Positions 27,706 through 35,950 are shown, numbered from the stretch's first letter. The stretch: DNA of 64,000 bases from an uncultured Lachnospiraceae bacterium (GCA_964638675.1 CAZXAU010000005.1:69313-133312); one strand, 5' to 3'. Notes: generated by a model not told the origin, from the letters alone. Numbers and translations are program-made.

Positions 27706-28528
27706 GCAATTAAAAAAAGTAATAAATGATGTCGATGCTATCCTGATTGGTGCTGGAGCAGGACTTTCCACCTCTGCCGGATTTGTTTATAACGGGGAGC
27801 GTTTTGAACAGTATTTTTCAGACTTTGCGAAAAAATACGGCTTTCATGATATGTATTCGGGCGGCTTCTACCCGTATAAAACGCCGGAGGAGCATTGGGC
27901 GTATTGGAGCAGATATATTTATGTGAACCGCTATATGGACGCTCCGAAGCCTGTATATGACGATCTGTTAAGGCTTGTACAGAACAAAGATTATTTTGTG
28001 ATTACCACGAATGTTGACCATTGCTTTCAGAAATCAGGATTTGACAAAAAGCGGTTGTTTTATACGCAGGGCGATTACGGTCTGTTTCAATGCAGCGTGC
28101 CATGTGATACAGACACCTACGACAATGAAGATGTGATCCGCCGTATGATGAACGAACAAAAAGATATGAGGATTTCCACAGAGCTGATTCCGAAATGTCC
28201 GAAGTGCGGAAAACCGCTGACAATGAACCTGCGTTCTGATGATAAATTTGTCGAGGACGAAGGTTGGCTGAAAGCTGCCCGGCAGTATGAGAATTTTCTG
28301 CGTACAAGGCAAGATCAGAACATTCTGTTTTTAGAGCTCGGTGTTGGATATAATACGCCTGTCATCATCAAATATCCGTTTTGGCAGATGACGGCGAAGA
28401 ATCCCAAGGCGGTCTATGCCTGTATCAATTACGGCGAAGCTGTCTGCCCGAAAGAAATTGAAAAACAGTCGATCTGCATTGACGGCGATATAGGAACGGT
28501 ACTTAACGATTTAGAAGAAAAAATTTAG
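27650..28528 (+). CDS. class-M sirtuin (SirTM-type, ADP-ribosylating SIR2 family)
   Basis: ILIGAGAGLSTSAGF, TTNVDHCF, and YTQGDYG where the sirtuin catalytic HG normally sits. AAGGTGA lies 6 nt before ATG 27650. Confidence 0.8.
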   Translation: MFSKMSITKSTENYSVQIKQLKKVINDVDAILIGAGAGLSTSAGFVYNGERFEQYFSDFAKKYGFHDMYSGGFYPYKTPEEHWAYWSRYIYVNRYMDAPKPVYDDLLRLVQNKDYFVITTNVDHCFQKSGFDKKRLFYTQGDYGLFQCSVPCDTDTYDNEDVIRRMMNEQKDMRISTELIPKCPKCGKPLTMNLRSDDKFVEDEGWLKAARQYENFLRTRQDQNILFLELGVGYNTPVIIKYPFWQMTAKNPKAVYACINYGEAVCPKEIEKQSICIDGDIGTVLNDLEEKI

Positions 28529-28605
28529 AGGAAACTATTAAAAAAACATTGTTTTATGGTATAGTAATTTTCTGATATATGTAACTGCAAAGGAAAATTT
28601 TCAAT

Positions 28606-28960
28606 ATGTTACAAACCGAACGATTGACCATACAAGAACTTAAACCTGAAAATTGGATACGCCTTAAAACAATTGTTACTGAATTCGGAGAATCAGAATA
28701 TGCCGTATACGACATGCAACTGCCGACAGAAGACGACAAGATCAAATCATTATGCGAACAATTTGCAGCATCAAAACTTTGGTTTGCAGTTTGGCTTTCA
28801 AATGAAATGATCGGTTATATATGTTTTCATCAAAACGGCACAACATATGATTTGGGTTATTGTTTTCTCCCTGAGTATCAAGGTTACGGTTATGCATACG
28901 AGTCATATAATGAACTGCTCCGATATATGGAGAATACAAGATCAGTCACCGATATATATC
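28606..28960 (+). pseudogene. GNAT acetyltransferase, 3'-truncated
   Basis: The GNAT-like sequence (GYICFHQ..YQGYGYAYES) stops making sense after ..RSVTDIY. The rest of ORF 28606..29133 is antisense to the convergent ferredoxin gene. Confidence 0.5.
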
Positions 28961-28961
28961 A

Positions 28962-29642
28962 TTACAAATATAAAACGGTATTGTTTTTTTTCTTTTGGTT
29001 CAGATACAATCTCAGTATTCCGGTTTGTCTTATATGTAATGCTGATTTCGGACAGACTGTTACGCAGTGCAGGCAACGGATACAGTTTTTGTTTATCTTT
29101 CCGTTTTCAACAGCACCGACGGAACAGCTCTGACCGCAGATGTTGCAAGCGTCACAGAAATCGGTGCGTGTGATCTTCAGACCGATACGGCTGCGCCATG
29201 CGGGAAAGAAGTTTGCGAAAGGATTTTTGTGGGTTATTTTGATCTTTGCACTGCTCGGATTCATGAGTTTGTCAAAAATCGGGGTGAGTGCTGCTGAGTC
29301 AAATTCTGTTCCTTCGTTCAAAAAACTATGTCCTGTCGGAACATATGCCGCTGCAATTACATCTGCTTTGGTCAATTTTGAAGCTTCCCACAATACATTC
29401 CCATATGATATTCTTCCGTATGTCGCAATCAGAACCGCATGTTTTGCGTTCAGCTTTTTCAAAAATTCAACTACGGTATCAGGAATATTCTGACAGTATA
29501 CCGGAAAAACAATGATTGCCGTTTCTACAGAGCATCGGAGGTTTTTTGTTATTTCTGTTACACTCGTTTGCAGTTGTTTTGCAAAAAAATCGGCAAGGGC
29601 AAAGCTGTGTCCTCTGCCCGAAAAGAAATATACCTGCGTCAT
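28962..29642 (-). CDS. EFR1-type flavodoxin-like / 2x[4Fe-4S] ferredoxin
   Basis: Flavodoxin-like N-domain (VYFFSGRGHS) plus CDACNICGQSC and CIRCLHCVTVCP. ATGA overlap with the upstream gene. Confidence 0.75.
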   Translation of the reverse strand: MTQVYFFSGRGHSFALADFFAKQLQTSVTEITKNLRCSVETAIIVFPVYCQNIPDTVVEFLKKLNAKHAVLIATYGRISYGNVLWEASKLTKADVIAAAYVPTGHSFLNEGTEFDSAALTPIFDKLMNPSSAKIKITHKNPFANFFPAWRSRIGLKITRTDFCDACNICGQSCSVGAVENGKINKNCIRCLHCVTVCPKSALHIRQTGILRLYLNQKKKNNTVLYL

Positions 29643-31039
29643 TTTCCCCCCTCTATGTATTCACGCATGAGAGCACATTCAGGTAAAGGATCGAGTGTGA
29701 CTCCCAGCAGATTCTCTATTTCATATAGCATTTCTTCCCGTGTACGGCCGCATTGTCTGCTTGCCAAAGAGATCTCTATGGCACTGAAGGGAATCATTTT
29801 GCTTCGGCAATGATAAAATCGAACAAACTGAGAATGATCTTTGCATTTTTCTATTGCACAGCTGGTATGCAGTGCTTTTTTGCTGTCGTCGGGGGCAACC
29901 CAGCCGCATTCAGCAATTAAAATGTCTTTTACCTTATTCCAATCATATTTTCCACCGCATATCCTGTCAAAATCAAGATGTACGAATGCCGGAATGTTTC
30001 CGCTCCATGAAGACCGCCTGATACTGCACTTGAGCGGCTTTAACATTTCTGGTACCTCATGGATGGCATCTACAACATTGGAGACTAACGGGTTTGAATA
30101 ACCGCTCATCTTTTTCAGAAAATGATCGCCGTAAGCTAATTGCTTCATCGTGAGAAGCGTTTGGATCTGCCCTTTTTTTAAAGGCGGGTGAAGTGTAAGG
30201 ATACGTCCAATGTTTATCAATAGATCGAGCGCACGGTTATTTGCAAAGCGGTAAGCAAATTTCGGTGCCATGTGATTATAATAAAGCCCAAGTGCTTGTA
30301 CAGGCTCATTTCCAACCACGAAATATGGAACACGGTTTGCGACCAATTCGGGATAAAAAAGCAGATAGGCAAGGGAAGGACAGGCACAGGTGTTTTCGCT
30401 CAATTCATATAGCTTTCGGTATATCCGGTTCAGGTCATTGCGATTAACAGAACGTGAAATGAATTCGACATTTGAGAAATGTTTCTTAGCATTTTCTATA
30501 CTTTCTTTGGCACTGTCTGACATAAACGGGATCTCCCAGGTCAGGGCTAAAACACGCAGTCCTTTTTGTTTAGCCAGATGATAAAGTAAAAAAGTGGAAT
30601 CTTTTCCTCCTGTATAAAACACTGCTACATCAAAACGGGATCTTTTTGATCTTGGTATTTCATCTATGATAGGTACTACACTCTTTAATGTCTCAGCTTC
30701 GTTTGCAGTCTGGCACATAGGGCATTGTCCCTTTTCATCGAATTCCAATCCCGGAATGATGAAATCGTTAGCAACACAGGAGGTGCAAAAAGTTGCTTCG
30801 CTTAATGAATGCGGCGTTGGCCTGAAATCCTTTTGCAAAACTACTTGAATATTAAGAAGACCTTTGAGCAATTGTTTTTCTTTGTCGGACAACACACAAG
30901 GTAATTTTTTTATAGTATCAACCTGCTTTTTGGAAAGACGTATCGAATTATTAAACAGATCGTTACGGTTGCGAAGTCCGTAATAGCAGAGCTTATTTTT
31001 TTCCAAGACCCAACGGTTTTGTAAAATATATTTTTCCAT
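29639..31039 (-). CDS. PP-loop ATP pyrophosphatase with Zn-ribbon (N-acetyl-sugar amidotransferase / TtuA-like) and an extra 85-aa N-domain
   Basis: CTSC-N17-CPMC zinc ribbon, PP-loop VFYTGGKDST and CAC motif. A TTGCAT-17-TATAAT promoter lies at 31071-31099. Confidence 0.7.
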   Translation of the reverse strand: MEKYILQNRWVLEKNKLCYYGLRNRNDLFNNSIRLSKKQVDTIKKLPCVLSDKEKQLLKGLLNIQVVLQKDFRPTPHSLSEATFCTSCVANDFIIPGLEFDEKGQCPMCQTANEAETLKSVVPIIDEIPRSKRSRFDVAVFYTGGKDSTFLLYHLAKQKGLRVLALTWEIPFMSDSAKESIENAKKHFSNVEFISRSVNRNDLNRIYRKLYELSENTCACPSLAYLLFYPELVANRVPYFVVGNEPVQALGLYYNHMAPKFAYRFANNRALDLLINIGRILTLHPPLKKGQIQTLLTMKQLAYGDHFLKKMSGYSNPLVSNVVDAIHEVPEMLKPLKCSIRRSSWSGNIPAFVHLDFDRICGGKYDWNKVKDILIAECGWVAPDDSKKALHTSCAIEKCKDHSQFVRFYHCRSKMIPFSAIEISLASRQCGRTREEMLYEIENLLGVTLDPLPECALMREYIEGGK

Positions 31040-31335
31040 AACCTTACCCCTTTCTACAGTCGGACACGATATTATATCATATACTCAGCCGTTATGCAAC
31101 CCGAATTGTAATAAAGTGCACATGATGATTGAAATACCACGGATTACAACTGAAAGTGTTACATAAGCAAAAAAATTTGAGTGTAGTGTAATTCTATAGT
31201 TTGAATGCTGTTTGTAGCATATCTCTTCAACTTCGGCAGAGAAATTGGGTTTTGTGAATTTGTTCGGCGCAAAATGTCGGTTCTTTGAATTTGCGGTTAT
31301 GCAGTTTTTTCTGCCATATCTCCTTATATGTACAA

Positions 31336-31413
31336 AGATCCACAGCGAAAACTCTTTTAGAATTGTTGCAGTATGCAGCAACTTGATTCTGAAAGAGTTT
31401 TCGCTGTGGATCT
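31336..31413. repeat. 22-bp perfect inverted repeat (long hairpin)
   Basis: AGATCCACAGCGAAAACTCTTT-N34-AAAGAGTTTTCGCTGTGGATCT with an inner GTTGC/GCAAC stem. Confidence 0.8.
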
Positions 31414-31455
31414 ATTATTTTATTTATCTATATGATATCCATGATATCTACATGT

Positions 31456-31641
31456 TCATTTGAATTTTTGGAAAAAATCATCTGTTTTACAATCCAAAAT
31501 ACTTGCCAATTGGGGGAGAAGAGTAATATCCGGATAGCATATGTTATTCTCCCATTTATAGACTGCCTGCCCTGAAACGCCGACAAGCTTTCCGAACTCA
31601 TTCAGAGACATTCGGTTTTGTTCTCTGTATTTTTTTATCAT
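31456..31641 (-). CDS. XRE-family HTH regulator (61 aa)
   Basis: MSLNEFGKLVGVSGQAVYKWENN. Confidence 0.75.
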   Translation of the reverse strand: MIKKYREQNRMSLNEFGKLVGVSGQAVYKWENNICYPDITLLPQLASILDCKTDDFFQKFK

Positions 31642-31673
31642 TTCGGCAAGTGTTATATTATATATCGATATAC

Positions 31674-33716
31674 TTATTGCAGATCGCCTCCTTTTGCAAA
31701 ATTTATTTTTCTCATACGGTTGATCACTGCCATAAGCTCTTGCTTGCGGGGAAGATCGAGAAAACGCTCGGTTGTGGTGAAGTAGGACGAATATAAAACA
31801 TCTACGCCCTCCTTTTCAATCTTTGCATACAGCTCGTCGATCTTATTGATAATATCGATTTTGTTATCATTATTGGAGATCTCAAGATATCTCAGCATAT
31901 ATCCGAGTGCATCCAATTGACGCTTGGATACAATGTCGTGAAGTCCTCGCAGATCTATGCGCTCATCGCCGATAATGATAAATCCCATATCAGAAACTTC
32001 AAGCTTTTCACTGCCGCTTCCTACAGGGAAGGAGGTGAATCCTTCCGAATATAGTACTCTGTTTTGATTCCAATCTGTACTTGTCGGTGATTGCTGCTCT
32101 GTCATACCGTGAAACGAACAGATATCCTTCGATCTTTTTGTTACATCATGGATCTGATAGTCCTCCATCATGTAAACTTTATCGGCTACCGAAAGGTACT
32201 CACCGCTTCCGCCGATGACGAGAATTGTCGATACGCCATGTTTGCCGGACAGCTCTTTTACACGGTCAGTAAATGGAGTGATCGGTTCTTTCTCTATAAG
32301 CTCCTTCATCATGCGGTCACGGATCATAAAGTTTGTGGCACTTCTGTCCTCGTCGATAAGAAGAAGCTTTGCACCGCTGTCTATCGCTTCCATGATATTT
32401 GCCGCCTGCGAGGTCGAGCCTGATGCGTGATCGGTTGAAAAATCGCTTGTATCTCCGCCGGGAAGCCACTTTATAAACGGGGAAATATTGATGTGCTTGA
32501 CGCTTCTGCCGTCCTCTGCTGAAATAGTAACGGCACTTTCATCGGTGATACAAAGCTCACGCCCGTCACCGGGAACATGGTCATAAATGCCGGCAGAAAT
32601 GGCGTCAAGCAGAGTCGATTTTCCCGAATATCCGCCGCCTGTGATGACAGTGACGCCTTTTTTGATACCCATGCCACGAACTCCGCAGATCTCAATTTCA
32701 TCTTCGGGAGCGGACATGAACGGAATGGCGTTTTCCATCGGAAGATTAGTTCCTTTGGATCGGGGAAGAATACTTCCGTTTGCCACAAAAGCGCAGTAAT
32801 CACTGTTTTTCAGCCATTTTCGTATGTCAGCTTGCTTTTGGGCAAGCTCAATTGTCCGATCAAGACCGACAATGTCAAATTCGTCAAGAAAGCGATCCAC
32901 GGCATCGGGCAGATCACGGCAGAGCATTTGTATGGTTTTTCGGAGCTTCCTCTTGGGAAGCTGAACCTGCATACGGATGCACAGGCAGATCTTCGGCGGA
33001 GTATGACATTCAATCAAGCGGACACAGTCGCCGCCTGAATATTCATAATCTTTTTGCGGGCAAAGCGAAAAATATGCAGTATTATATATCAGAATTTCTC
33101 CGCCCGGACGGTGCAGGTAGTATTTTCCGTTCTCATTGTCAGGGCGGCTGCGATTGTACAGTTCACTGTTGAGTGAATCGATATACGGCGCAAATTGTCT
33201 CAGACAAAAATCTGCGGCAGCGGCAGTTGTATGGTCAAAACCGAGTTTTTCGGTCGGAATATACCATGTCAATGTCGGCTTATCCTGTGCAAGCTTGTTG
33301 GTCGGCTCTATCGTAACCATGTTATCTTCATAATAGTAATCGTTTGAGTGGTCAATATACGGTTCTTGATTAGTTTCCGGTAATACTACCATCCTTCCTT
33401 CGTACATTTCTTTGTATGTGGCGGTATTGTTATCCATACCGAGCAAATAGTGTTTCAGTCGTTTCATGGGTATACCCCCTTTATCGTTTATCAGTTTGTC
33501 TGCAGGGATCATCAGCGTCACCGTTGGTTTATCCTGCGCAAGTTTGTGCGTTCCTGTTACTGCGTAACCGACATCGCCGTAATAATAGGTCGGATCGTAA
33601 TCCTTTACCGTGACGCCGTTATAGGACTTGATAATTCCTCCGTTGTACATCTCCATATAAGTCGTTTCGTCCTTTTGCATGGATAAGAGCTTGTTTTTTA
33701 ATCTTTTCAATAGCAT
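31674..33716 (-). CDS. ABC-class ATPase (PF09818-like) with duplicated N-terminal module
   Basis: ITGGGYSGKSTLLDAI Walker A, LLLIDEDRSATNFM Walker B. Residues 1-83 and 84-165 are diverged repeats. Confidence 0.8.
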   Translation of the reverse strand: MLLKRLKNKLLSMQKDETTYMEMYNGGIIKSYNGVTVKDYDPTYYYGDVGYAVTGTHKLAQDKPTVTLMIPADKLINDKGGIPMKRLKHYLLGMDNNTATYKEMYEGRMVVLPETNQEPYIDHSNDYYYEDNMVTIEPTNKLAQDKPTLTWYIPTEKLGFDHTTAAAADFCLRQFAPYIDSLNSELYNRSRPDNENGKYYLHRPGGEILIYNTAYFSLCPQKDYEYSGGDCVRLIECHTPPKICLCIRMQVQLPKRKLRKTIQMLCRDLPDAVDRFLDEFDIVGLDRTIELAQKQADIRKWLKNSDYCAFVANGSILPRSKGTNLPMENAIPFMSAPEDEIEICGVRGMGIKKGVTVITGGGYSGKSTLLDAISAGIYDHVPGDGRELCITDESAVTISAEDGRSVKHINISPFIKWLPGGDTSDFSTDHASGSTSQAANIMEAIDSGAKLLLIDEDRSATNFMIRDRMMKELIEKEPITPFTDRVKELSGKHGVSTILVIGGSGEYLSVADKVYMMEDYQIHDVTKRSKDICSFHGMTEQQSPTSTDWNQNRVLYSEGFTSFPVGSGSEKLEVSDMGFIIIGDERIDLRGLHDIVSKRQLDALGYMLRYLEISNNDNKIDIINKIDELYAKIEKEGVDVLYSSYFTTTERFLDLPRKQELMAVINRMRKINFAKGGDLQ

Positions 33717-33733
33717 TCCTTCTTTCGCTGTTT

Positions 33734-33894
33734 AGAGCGTGTTCACACTACTGCTCAAAGGCGTCTTCCGGCTGATTTTCCGCCGTACTTCGTTGTCAAA
33801 TCTTGCATTCCGTAAGGAGTGTGGCGATTTTCCGCCTTGTCCGACGAAAAATCCCCTCGGAATCCGCTCATTTCGGATTGTGTGAACACGCTCT
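33734..33894 (-). promoter_or_regulatory. structured leader closed by a 15-bp helix
   Basis: AGAGCGTGTTCACAC..(131 nt)..GTGTGAACACGCTCT. It ends 17 nt upstream of ATG 33716. Confidence 0.5.
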
Positions 33895-34359
33895 GATTCT
33901 TTGAATCTGATTGCTGTCATTAAAAAATCCCCTTTCTATCTGATATACCTGATAGATTTGCCGAATTTACTGTTGTGACCTACTATAAAGGAACTTTTCA
34001 TAAAAAACAAAAAGCACCCCTACGGGTGCATAAAGCCACGTTTATTTCAAAGCCTGCAATGCCTTGACAAACAAAAACACACCCGAAATCGGATGTGCAT
34101 AAAATCATATAAGCCCTGCGGTCAGCATATCGCAGGCGATAAATATGACATCCGATAAATATAAGTGTTTGTCATTTCTATCACCTCCGGGATTGCCCTC
34201 GCAATTTATTTCTTATCATGTTGACAGTCTATCATATTTTTTACCGGTTGTCAAGCAAAAGTGTGAAATAATTTATCAACCGTTGGTTTAAATTAAAAAA
34301 CGACTGTCAATACCATCAGATATTATCCAAGGTAAAGACAACCGCTTTTTTGATTTTTG

Positions 34360-35097
34360 TTATTCTTCATCAAACAGATATCGATATATGCCATCGGGGT
34401 CATCAAGCATTCTTTTTGTTATAATGTAATGCTCGGTTTGTCTGTAATCAACCGATTCTATTCCGTTTTCGGAAAGCAATTTTATATCGGCGCCCGGGTA
34501 TGACATGAGTATCGGCGAATGGGTTGCTATAATGAACTGTGAATTGCTTTTTTCAAGTTGTTTTATCTCGCTTATCAGGGTGAGCAAACGCATCGGAGAG
34601 AGTGCCGCCTCGGGCTCGTCGAGGATATATATTCCGTTTCCGCCGAATCTGTTTTGTACCACTGACAGAAAGCTTTCACCGTGCGATTGGTCGTGAAGAG
34701 ATATTCCGCCGTAGCTTTCGATGATCGGTATTCCGAGTCCCGGAGAACTCAAGGCATCGATGTTTGTTGCGACATTGTAGAAGCTTTCGGCACGGAGAAA
34801 GAAGCCGTCTTTCGGATATCCGACCTTTGTAAGCGTCAGGTTTTTGTATAGATCGGAGTGAGAATTTTTCGTCGAAAAAGAAAAGTTTTTTGTTCCGCCT
34901 TCGGGGTTGAAGCCGTATGCTACGGCAATTGCTTCAAGAAGAGTCGACTTACCGCTGCCATTTTCTCCGACAAATATTGTTACATCTGAATTCAGCGTGA
35001 TCGACCTGTTGTCGATCAGATAGCGTACTGCGGGAATTTTACTCAGATATGACGCAGGATCTATGGGATTGTTTAATCTGATTTCCTTGATGAACAT
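34360..35097 (-). CDS. stand-alone AAA/ABC-like ATPase (COG3910-type)
   Basis: VGENGSGKSTLLEAI Walker A, YILDEPEAALSP Walker B and ATHSPIL. Confidence 0.8.
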   Translation of the reverse strand: MFIKEIRLNNPIDPASYLSKIPAVRYLIDNRSITLNSDVTIFVGENGSGKSTLLEAIAVAYGFNPEGGTKNFSFSTKNSHSDLYKNLTLTKVGYPKDGFFLRAESFYNVATNIDALSSPGLGIPIIESYGGISLHDQSHGESFLSVVQNRFGGNGIYILDEPEAALSPMRLLTLISEIKQLEKSNSQFIIATHSPILMSYPGADIKLLSENGIESVDYRQTEHYIITKRMLDDPDGIYRYLFDEE

Positions 35098-35210
35098 AAT
35101 TCTCCTTACTATTAACTTACTGTGACCGCTTTTTAATCAATTTGCTTGACAAATACCGGAGCATATGCTACAACATTAGCGGTCGCTTGTCTTCGACAAA
35201 CGACTCCGTT

Positions 35211-35466
35211 GGAACAATAATACGGTGACGGTTGCTTCCTGATAACAAGGAAGCGTAAAATTTTCTTTTTGCCTTCCTTGAGAAAGGAAGGTGATGCTAT
35301 GTACATGTTATGTACATGTACATAGCATGGGATCAGTTGCTTCAATTATGCATTCTGACTGTAGCTATTATATCGCTGTTCAAAAAAAGAAGATAACCGT
35401 CTGCTCCTTGCACGCGTAGACGGTTATCTGTCTATCAAATGAGGAAGCAACCGTCATCGGTGTTCC
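35211..35466. repeat. about 255-bp multi-hairpin element with imperfect terminal inverted repeats
   Basis: GGAACA..TGACGGTTGCTTCCT (35211-35240) pairs with AGGAAGCAACCGTCA..TGTTCC (35442-35466). Three perfect internal hairpins of 8, 12 and 12 bp. Confidence 0.6.
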
Positions 35467-35642
35467 TACGATCATATTTTAATACATTTTTTCCTTTTTG
35501 TCAAGAGTTTTTTGAATTTCGTTCTTTCTTTTTCAGTGCATAACCGATCTATTATACGAAATGTTGTTTATATATTTTATTATCTCATAAATGCTTTGTT
35601 TTGTCAAGCATCAGAAAAAATTAAGATTTTTTTAAAAACCTA

Positions 35643-35671
35643 TTGACAAATGAAGAATGATGTGATATTAT
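35643..35671 (+). promoter_or_regulatory. sigma-A promoter of the T-box leader
   Basis: TTGACA-17 nt-TATTAT. Confidence 0.7.
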
Positions 35672-35677
35672 GCAGTA

Positions 35678-35950
35678 AACCGATGAGGAAGAGTGAGTAA
35701 GTTTCATAAACTTTCGCCCAGAGAGTTGTCGATGGTGGGATGGCAATAGAAAGAGTGAGACTGAATGGACTTCCGAGGGCGACCCGAAAAATGTGTTTGA
35801 GTAGGGAAGACGGGGTATGGCTCCCCGTGAGAAAAAGTCTGCATATGATAGTATGCGTAAGGAGAATGCATTTTGCATTAAGCAGGGTGGCACCGCAGGA
35901 AAGTTTTTGATCCTGTCCCGGCAAAGAGATTTGCGGGACAGGTTTTTTGT
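35678..35950 (+). promoter_or_regulatory. T-box riboswitch, specifier UGG (Trp)
   Basis: K-turn GATGAGGAAGAGTGAGTAAG, AGAGAG bulge, GGTGGGA distal loop, specifier context GAA-TGG-A-CTTCCGAG (TGG at 35766-35768), T-box AGCAGGGTGGCACCGCAGG (35881-35899), and terminator CCTGTCCCG..CGGGACAGG followed by T6. Confidence 0.85.

Noticed and set aside
24560-28600. A gcvH-L-like lipoyl carrier or lplA2 hidden next to the sirtuin/macro pair.
   Set aside because: No open frame in the operon or its flanks has a lipoyl-attachment-type sequence. The only lplA is at 52081-53064, and it has no adjacent gcvH.
31085-31381. A 98-aa ORF, and tiny ORFs (MAEKTA*, MCTLLQFGLHNG*), as possible precursor peptides for the PP-loop enzyme.
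   Set aside because: The 98-aa ORF starts inside the 22-bp hairpin with no RBS. The tiny ORFs have no convincing SD spacing and no conservation evidence is available here.
35211-35466. Identification of the structured element as SRP RNA, RNase P RNA, tmRNA or 6S RNA.
   Set aside because: It lacks the GGUCCGGAAGGAAGCAGC-type SRP helix-8 motif, the GAGGAAAGUCC RNase P P4 motif, and any tRNA-like end or tag ORF of tmRNA. 6S RNA cannot be judged by sequence alone.
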